Shown piece after piece: positions 57,689-64,000 of a stretch of 64,000 bases of DNA. Position numbers and translations under genes: made by a program. The number at the start of each line of letters is the position of its first letter. The first letter of the stretch is position 1. The stretch is from Akkermansia sp. (GTDB lineage Bacteria > Verrucomicrobiota > Verrucomicrobiia > Verrucomicrobiales > Akkermansiaceae): the NCBI GenBank assembly GCA_045540095.1, contig JAZQGN010000015.1, positions 89,397 through 153,396 on the forward strand, written 5' to 3'. The notes beneath the pieces are model-generated. The model was not told where the DNA came from. It made no database searches and saw nothing but the letters and a program-made list of their open reading frames with translations.

Positions 57689-58465
57689 ATGATGAAGATA
57701 CTTTTTCTGGGCAGCGGAACGTCTACGGGGGTGCCAGTTATAGGCTGTGAGTGTGCAGTATGCCGCTCCGAAAATCCTCGCAACAAGCGGCTCCGCGCCT
57801 CGGTACTCGTGAAATCCGAGTCCACCACCATCCTTGTGGACTCTTGCCCGGATTTACGCCAACAAGCTCTCCGCCATAATATTACAGCTATTGATGCCGT
57901 TATTTATACGCATGAACACCTGGACCATACCACCGGATTCGATGACATGCGAGCCTTCTGCTGGCGCCGCACTGACCGCCTGCCGCTGTACGCCGGAACG
58001 GGCTGCCTTGCTCACCTGCGCCGCATGTTTGCATGGGCCTTCTCGGAAAAGAATACCTATCAGGGCTACATCCGCCCGGACGCGCATGACCACGCCGGAA
58101 AGCTTTTTGTGGTGGGTGATATCGAAATTACCCCCGTACCAGTACTGCATGCCACAGTAGAAACATACGGCTATGTTTTCCGCCACGCCGGACGTTCTTT
58201 TGGCTACGTTCCGGACATTAAGGAACTGCCTGCCGCCTCCCGCCCATTACTAGAAGGGCTTGATTTGCTCGCCATGGACGGCCTCACCACCCAGGAGCAC
58301 CATACCCACCTTTCTGTAGCAGATAATGTGGCGCTCATGCAAGAGCTTGCCCCGAAGCAAGGGCTACTTACTCACTGTGGCCACAAGGTGGATTATGAGG
58401 AAACATGCCGCAGACTTCCGTCTTTCATGGCCTCAGCATACGATGGTCTGGAGATAGAAATCTGA
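57689..58465 (+). CDS. MBL-fold metallohydrolase (PhnP-like)
   Basis: FLGSGTSTGVP.IGC.C.VC, LVDSCPDLRQQ, THEHLDH, THLS, LTHCGH. Confidence 0.9.
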   Translation: MMKILFLGSGTSTGVPVIGCECAVCRSENPRNKRLRASVLVKSESTTILVDSCPDLRQQALRHNITAIDAVIYTHEHLDHTTGFDDMRAFCWRRTDRLPLYAGTGCLAHLRRMFAWAFSEKNTYQGYIRPDAHDHAGKLFVVGDIEITPVPVLHATVETYGYVFRHAGRSFGYVPDIKELPAASRPLLEGLDLLAMDGLTTQEHHTHLSVADNVALMQELAPKQGLLTHCGHKVDYEETCRRLPSFMASAYDGLEIEI

Positions 58466-58504
58466 GATATATTTAGCAGAAACTCACAGCTAACTTTTCT
58501 TAAT

Positions 58505-58541
58505 AAAAAGCCCCACAGCTCATCACTGCGGGGCTCTTTTT
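58505..58541. terminator. bidirectional terminator
   Basis: A5-GCCCC.CAG-loop-CTG.GGGGC-T-rich between convergent genes. Confidence 0.8.
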
Positions 58542-58565
58542 CGTTATAATGAGATTTTAAGGGGA

Positions 58566-59690
58566 TTAATAAACGTCCTTCTGGTAGCGCTTAGCCTTCT
58601 TCATGTCAGCCAGATAGGCTGCAGCTTCTTCCTCGCTGCGGCCACCCTTGGTGGCAATGATGTTCAGCAGAGCCTTCTCCACGTCCTTGGCCATGCGGTT
58701 AGCATCGCCGCACATATAAACAGCGGCACCCTTTTCAAGCCACTCCCAGATTTCGTCAGCAGCCTGCTCCATAAGGTTCTGCACGTAAATCTTGTATTCT
58801 TGGTCACGGCTCCATGCCACGGAGAGCTTCAGCTTACCGCTTTCAACGAGCGGGGCAAGCTCATCCTCATAGCAGCTGTCGGTGGCCTTATAGGGGTTAC
58901 CGAAGAAGAGCCACATAGGACCAGTAGCGCCATCAGCCACTCGCTGCTGCCAGAAGGCACGGAAGGGGGCGATACCGGTGCCGGGGCCAACCATGATGAT
59001 GGGCGTATTGCCATCCTCAGGCAGACGGAAGTTCTTGTTGCTGTGCACGAAAACACGAACTTTGTCACCGGCAGAGATGCGGTCTGCCATATAGGTGGAG
59101 CACACACCGCCACGCTGGCGGTCACCGGTCTTGTAACGCACGGCACCCACGCAGAGAGACACCTGGCCGGGTACGGCATCAGGGCTGCTGGCAATGGAAT
59201 ACAGGCGCGGAGCCATCTTGCCGAGAATGCCTACAAATGCAGCAGCATCAGAGAAGGTCGCTTTCATCTCCGGGTCCTGAGCAACGTCCAGGAGATCTCT
59301 CCCCCAGCAGTAATCCTTCAGCGCATCCTTGTCCTCAAGAATAGCAGCCAGCTTGTCGCTGCCGGCCACAGCGTTCCACTTATTGAGAACGGCTTTCTTC
59401 AAGTTTGTGATATCGTAAGAAGTAGTGAGCGCCTCTTTCAATGTAGCAGTACCACAGGGCGTGGGTACCTCAGCGGCGGCGTCCAGCCCAAGCTCAGCGA
59501 TAAGAGCGTCCACCAGAGCAGAGTCGTTGCAGGGCAGAACACCCAGAGCGTCACCAGTGACGTAGGTCATCCCGGAGCCTTCCAAGCTGTAATCTACATG
59601 GATGGTTTCCTTTGCACTACCGGGTTTTGTTACGGGGCGAACACCCACCACAGTGGCGGGGAACGGATTCTTCATGCTGTATGGTTCCAT
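58566..59690 (-). CDS. FAD/NADPH-binding reductase, CysJ/CPR C-terminal type, without a flavodoxin domain
   Basis: KETIHV, GDALGV.P.N, RLYSIASS, GGVCSTY, GPGTGIAPFR, FGN, WSRD, YMCGD, RYQKDVY. Confidence 0.9.
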   Translation of the reverse strand: MEPYSMKNPFPATVVGVRPVTKPGSAKETIHVDYSLEGSGMTYVTGDALGVLPCNDSALVDALIAELGLDAAAEVPTPCGTATLKEALTTSYDITNLKKAVLNKWNAVAGSDKLAAILEDKDALKDYCWGRDLLDVAQDPEMKATFSDAAAFVGILGKMAPRLYSIASSPDAVPGQVSLCVGAVRYKTGDRQRGGVCSTYMADRISAGDKVRVFVHSNKNFRLPEDGNTPIIMVGPGTGIAPFRAFWQQRVADGATGPMWLFFGNPYKATDSCYEDELAPLVESGKLKLSVAWSRDQEYKIYVQNLMEQAADEIWEWLEKGAAVYMCGDANRMAKDVEKALLNIIATKGGRSEEEAAAYLADMKKAKRYQKDVY

Positions 59691-59723
59691 AGTGTTATTG
59701 TGTGTTGAAATGTGAGTAAAAAG

Positions 59724-61625
59724 TTATTGTATTGCTTTAAGCCTGCGAGCCTGAAGGAGCGTGGGTGCCAAAATCTTACGCACGGCGTGGCAGAGTTCGA
59801 TATCCTGCTCAGCTGCGGCAATAGAGCGCCCGGCCAACTCAGAATGCTCGTATGCATTCAATTCCGTGGCAAGGCAGTTTTTCAGCGCATTCACGCGGGC
59901 TGAGATGAACATATCCAGAGCCTCTCCCACCTTGCGCTTCCATGTATCAAGACGGTCTGAAATATCCTTGCGGCCGGAACGGCGCCAATCCGGTGTCGTT
60001 TCATTATAACTGCAATTGCGGTTAATCATCCCCATGAATGCTGTTTCTTTCAGCTCACCCAGCTGCACAGGGCTGCAATCCAAAGGTACGTCCTTCCATG
60101 CATTGAGAATCGCCTTCACATAATCCGTGCGGATTTCCTCCACACTCCGGCGCTCCAGCGTATTGGCGCAAGATTCAAGAATTTCCTTCTCTAGCTCGGT
60201 AAGCTCGCAGATTTTTGCGGGAGCAAGGATGTGTGTCTCTTGCTCAGCAAGGAGGTCGCCCAAATCATTCTCCACTTTCACGCGCAGGCGGTTAAGCTCC
60301 TGAGCGGGCAGGGAACTCTTCTTCCACTCCATGGGGAAGTAGTTCTCGGAAACAAGTTCAAAGTCCAGAATGGCATCCAGCCTAGTATTGAGCGTCTGGC
60401 GAGCGCGGTCTGCAAGGTATCCGCAGCGCATACGGCCCTCGTGCAGGTTATTGCTCTCCACAGCCTCACGCAGGCGAGCGGAATCCATCAGTTTACGGAT
60501 GGCCGCCTGAATAGCGTGAATATGGGAGATATGCTCCTGACTCTTGCGGATGAAATCCTTCAGGCGGTCATCAATGCGCTCCAGCGTTTTCAGGAGATAG
60601 TCTGAGGAATTACGGCGCAGCGTGGCACTTGGGTTGCGGAGGTCGGACAGAATCTCATCTACCAGCTCGTTAAGGTGCGGATCTCTCTGGAACTGGGTAG
60701 AAGTACCATCCGCAGCGGGTGCATCAGGGCGGAACGCGTTTTCCTGCTGCCACCAAGCAAGGCCGGCATTCACCCAGCTGCCGGGAATAACCTTGCGGAT
60801 GAAGTCGCTGAGCTGCTTCTGGGTATTGTACTGCTGCTTTTCCTGTTGGAGCTGCTGTTCTTCAGGAGTAAGCCAGTGCTGAGCCTCGATGCGGTTCTGC
60901 ACCACACGAATGGGCCGCTGAGAGCGCTCCATTGCTGTACGAAGGTATTCGCGTGTATCTGGAGTAAGGGCGGCAAAGGAGCTCTGAACCAGCAGGAAGT
61001 AGTCCGCATTCTCATTCATCCACTCATGCAGCTTCTCATCATGCCAGTTAGAGGTCAGTCCGTCCATGCCAGGCATATCCACGATACCGATTCCGGCCTG
61101 CAAAAGCTTAGCTTTAGGCTCCACAAGAAAAATAGCAGCACAGCCCGCACTCGTATGCCCCTGAGCCCAAGCATCCAGATTAGCTTGGCTCAGATTCCGG
61201 CGCTCAATGGATACTTTCTCGTCAAAATCATCCGGGGCCACCTTGCGAAGATAGTCAATAACAAGCTCGAACAACTCCTGCTCGCCCAGAGAACCGGCTG
61301 CTAGGGGCGAGAAAAGCTCCATGCGCTCGGTGCCGTCATCACTAGCCAGAATGACCATGGGAAGGCGCGTTGTCTCGATACCAAGCTTTGTAGCACAAAG
61401 TCCCCTGTGAGCAAGACAATTAGTCAGGGTTGATTTACCGCTCTTTACAGAGCCGATAGTGGCCATGAGCAGAAGGTTAGAACGAAAACGCGCAAGGCTG
61501 CGCTGAATCTCCCTGCTGCTGCGAGCGGTAAGATGCCGAAGATCGGGCGAAGCTTTTACAAGGCCATCAAGCTTGGCGGAGAACTCTTTCGCCTCTTGAC
61601 AGATTTTGTCCAGTTGTACATCCAT
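59724..61625 (-). CDS. dynamin-like GTPase
   Basis: G1 GSVKSGKST, G2 ETT, G3 DMPG, G4-like NRIE; helical N- and C-terminal regions; start at MDVQLD behind TTGCGG-17-TATAAT-7-ATG. Confidence 0.82.
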   Translation of the reverse strand: MDVQLDKICQEAKEFSAKLDGLVKASPDLRHLTARSSREIQRSLARFRSNLLLMATIGSVKSGKSTLTNCLAHRGLCATKLGIETTRLPMVILASDDGTERMELFSPLAAGSLGEQELFELVIDYLRKVAPDDFDEKVSIERRNLSQANLDAWAQGHTSAGCAAIFLVEPKAKLLQAGIGIVDMPGMDGLTSNWHDEKLHEWMNENADYFLLVQSSFAALTPDTREYLRTAMERSQRPIRVVQNRIEAQHWLTPEEQQLQQEKQQYNTQKQLSDFIRKVIPGSWVNAGLAWWQQENAFRPDAPAADGTSTQFQRDPHLNELVDEILSDLRNPSATLRRNSSDYLLKTLERIDDRLKDFIRKSQEHISHIHAIQAAIRKLMDSARLREAVESNNLHEGRMRCGYLADRARQTLNTRLDAILDFELVSENYFPMEWKKSSLPAQELNRLRVKVENDLGDLLAEQETHILAPAKICELTELEKEILESCANTLERRSVEEIRTDYVKAILNAWKDVPLDCSPVQLGELKETAFMGMINRNCSYNETTPDWRRSGRKDISDRLDTWKRKVGEALDMFISARVNALKNCLATELNAYEHSELAGRSIAAAEQDIELCHAVRKILAPTLLQARRLKAIQ

Positions 61626-61702
61626 CACCCTTATTATATGCTCTCTTGCGCTCTGCCGCAAGCAAAAACCACGTTATCATACGTAGTTTACTAAAGAAAG
61701 CT

Positions 61703-63550
61703 TCAACTTTCATTAAGCATACGATTAAGCTCAGCTACAAGAGAAAGATCTTCCGGGCTAACATTGCCACTGCTGATGCGAGCCTTAATAACATCTATAC
61801 GAGCCCGGACGGCCTCACGCGCTACATGGGAACATGCCTGCTGAACGGCAGTATGAGCGTCTGCTAGTTCACGAGGTTCATTGCTGATTTTCCGGATGGC
61901 AGCCTCTTGCTCCGGTGGCAATCCGGCAGTAAAACGCCCCCATGCCTGAGAATCCCCCGGAACAGGCAAGACTTCCAGCATTCGCTGAAGAATAGGGCCA
62001 CCAGCCAACATAGCAATGGGCTCTTGCAGCTCTTCAATGTGCTCGATGAGCGCATGCTGCACATCCGCATTCACAGCAGCAAGGCTGATGAGATCTCGCA
62101 TAGCGGGATGGAGGCGAATAGGACGCACCCGAACCGGTGGCGCAGTAGGAGCATGTTCATTACCCGGCATGTAGGCGTCTTCCTCCTCACTGTACTCAGG
62201 AATATCTTCACGCTCAGAACGCGAGCTGTGAGGGCTTTCCTTGCGCGAACGAATGATTTCCTCTACGGTGAGGCGGAGGTCTTCCAATCCGGTATTAAGA
62301 CGGCTAGCGAGATCCGTCACCGCCACGCCTCGGCGAATGGTATCCGTAATTTCCGAGGCCAAATCTGCCATTCGTGGGATGAGTGCGGCGCGGGCATTGG
62401 CGTCACCCTGCGCGGCACGCATTTCAATGCCGGCACGTACTTCCAGATATGGCCGGGCTTCCTCGATAGCTTGGCGAAGTGCATCCGCCCCCTGCGAGCG
62501 AATGAGTGAATCCGGGTCCTCTCCGGGAGGGAGGGTGGCCATGTATACCTCCAGTCCTGCTGCAGCAAGCTTGCGGAATGTCTTCTCACTAGCCTTGATA
62601 CCAGCGTTATCTCCATCGTAACAAAGGATAGCACGCTTGGCATATTTACGCAGCATGGCGGCATGTTCATCCGTGAATGCCGTACCTAGGCCAGCCACGG
62701 CATTACGGATATCAGCCTTCTCATGGCAGGCAATAACATCCAGCTGGCCTTCACAGACCACCACGGTCATGCCGGCTTTCCCGATAGGACCGGTAGCTTT
62801 CCAGAGGCCGAACAGGAGCTCGCCCTTGCGGAAGGCTACAGTCTCAGCTGTATTCACATACTTGCGTGGGTCTTGTCCTTCCGCCATAATACGCCCGGAG
62901 AACCCCACAACTTCGCCTCGCACGTTGTGAATGGGGAACATAAGCCGATCGCGGAAAACAGGATATGTACCGCGCGGGCTAGTGCCGAGCAGGTAGGCTT
63001 CCGTCAGAATACGGGGGTCTACATTAGAAGCTCCGGCCAGTTGCTGCAGGGGCCGGAAATCAGGTGGGGCCCAGCCGAGCTGCCATGCTTTGGCTATCTC
63101 GATATTAAACTCTCGCTGCTTCAGGTAGGCGCGTACATGGTCAGCCTCTTTGCTGCGGCAAAGCTGGCGGTGGTAGTATTCCGCGGCGAGGGTATTCACC
63201 TCCACCACCCGGCTCCGAAGCCAACGGCGACGAGCCATTTCCGGGTTCTCTTCCTCCTCGACCACGGGTATTCCGTAAATATCCGCCACACGCCGCAGGG
63301 CGGTCGGGTAATCGAGGTTCTCAAACATCATGATAAACTTCACCGCGTCGCCTCCCACGCCACAGCCAAAACACTTAAATGTTTGACGTGCCGGATTCAC
63401 GCTGAAGGATGGAGTCTTCTCATTGTGGAAGGGGCAGCATGCCTTCCACGCATTACCAGCACGCCGAAGCTGAATGTAGCGCCCTACAATGTCCACCACA
63501 TCGGCGGCATCCTTAATTCGCGCTACACACTCCTCGGTAATTCGCGACAT
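61703..63550 (-). CDS. dnaG: DNA primase
   Basis: CPFHNEKTPSF, FKCFGCG, FRDRLMFPI, PRKYVN, TOPRIM EGQLDV, CYDGDNAG. Confidence 0.98.
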   Translation of the reverse strand: MSRITEECVARIKDAADVVDIVGRYIQLRRAGNAWKACCPFHNEKTPSFSVNPARQTFKCFGCGVGGDAVKFIMMFENLDYPTALRRVADIYGIPVVEEEENPEMARRRWLRSRVVEVNTLAAEYYHRQLCRSKEADHVRAYLKQREFNIEIAKAWQLGWAPPDFRPLQQLAGASNVDPRILTEAYLLGTSPRGTYPVFRDRLMFPIHNVRGEVVGFSGRIMAEGQDPRKYVNTAETVAFRKGELLFGLWKATGPIGKAGMTVVVCEGQLDVIACHEKADIRNAVAGLGTAFTDEHAAMLRKYAKRAILCYDGDNAGIKASEKTFRKLAAAGLEVYMATLPPGEDPDSLIRSQGADALRQAIEEARPYLEVRAGIEMRAAQGDANARAALIPRMADLASEITDTIRRGVAVTDLASRLNTGLEDLRLTVEEIIRSRKESPHSSRSEREDIPEYSEEEDAYMPGNEHAPTAPPVRVRPIRLHPAMRDLISLAAVNADVQHALIEHIEELQEPIAMLAGGPILQRMLEVLPVPGDSQAWGRFTAGLPPEQEAAIRKISNEPRELADAHTAVQQACSHVAREAVRARIDVIKARISSGNVSPEDLSLVAELNRMLNES

Positions 63551-63558
63551 ACAAAAAT

Positions 63559-63999
63559 TCAGCTGATAAGAGCCAGTAAATGCTGAACAAAGCTGGGATA
63601 GGACGTATTGATATTCGCGCAGTTCAGCAGAGTAGTCTCACCGGTGGCATTTAAGCCGGCCATAAGGAACCCCATAGCAATGCGGTGGTCATGATAACTG
63701 TCCATTACAGCACCATGAAGAGGAGCCCCGCCGGTGATGACCATACCGTCCTCAAACTCTTCCACCACAGCTCCCATTGCGCGGAGGTTGTTGACGGTGG
63801 TAGATATGCGGTCGCTTTCCTTCACACGCAGCTCAGCCGCATTGCGAATAGAAGTGTTACCTTCAGCGAAGGCAGCGGCCACGGCAAGCACGGGAATTTC
63901 ATCAATGAGATTCGGTATTTCACTCTTCTGGATTTCCGTGCCAACAAGTCGTGTAGCTGTACGGACTGTGATATCACCAAACGGCTCGCCATTCTCCTG
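63559..63999 (-). CDS. aroA: EPSP synthase, 3' part (truncated by the window edge)
   Basis: reading frame open to the edge: [39 protein letters not shown]. Confidence 0.95.
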   Translation of the reverse strand, partial: QENGEPFGDITVRTATRLVGTEIQKSEIPNLIDEIPVLAVAAAFAEGNTSIRNAAELRVKESDRISTTVNNLRAMGAVVEEFEDGMVITGGAPLHGAVMDSYHDHRIAMGFLMAGLNATGETTLLNCANINTSYPSFVQHLLALIS

Positions 64000-64000
64000 A

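Noticed and set aside
1-64000. CRISPR arrays, tRNA/rRNA, IS elements, integrases, prophage, in-frame recoding
   Set aside because: No gap is large enough, and I saw no repeat-spacer pattern, transposase or phage motif, or split ORF. The terminator hairpins share no common sequence, so they are not a REP family.

Overview
A gene-dense, mostly minus-strand core-genome window with about 57 CDS and all intergenic gaps under about 220 bp. I see no rRNA, tRNA, CRISPR array, IS element or prophage. Gene content and order (PEP-CTERM GH16, GH20, FucO, type IV prepilin-like protein, dapA-dapB-folK-panB, many lineage-specific exported proteins) suggest an Akkermansia-like Verrucomicrobium; this is inference, no search was run. 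Housekeeping genes: thiE, cysK, pgk, mutY, panB, folK, dapB, dapA, adk, fucO, uvrA-like, miaB, queC, queF, cysS, iscS-like, comEC, aroG-like, rpoN, recN, dnaG and partial aroA. The best second-look items are: (1) a receptor-type PP2C/SpoIIE protein that has lost a metal-binding Asp (TDG to TQG), abutting an intact membrane Ser/Thr kinase with a STAS-bearing SulP next door; (2) a solitary dynamin-like GTPase with its own promoter behind dnaG; (3) a 60-aa lipoprotein whose mature part is one-third His; (4) widespread leaderless or short-leader, SD-less initiation; (5) an HSL-type hydrolase with Asp at the nucleophile position; (6) a UvrA lacking its insertion domain downstream of a bactofilin pair, one of which has a Zn ribbon; (7) an extra membrane-anchored gene inside a Zn/Mn ABC operon. 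Several starts were moved downstream of the ORF-track start on promoter or overlap evidence. All family calls come from motif recognition by eye.
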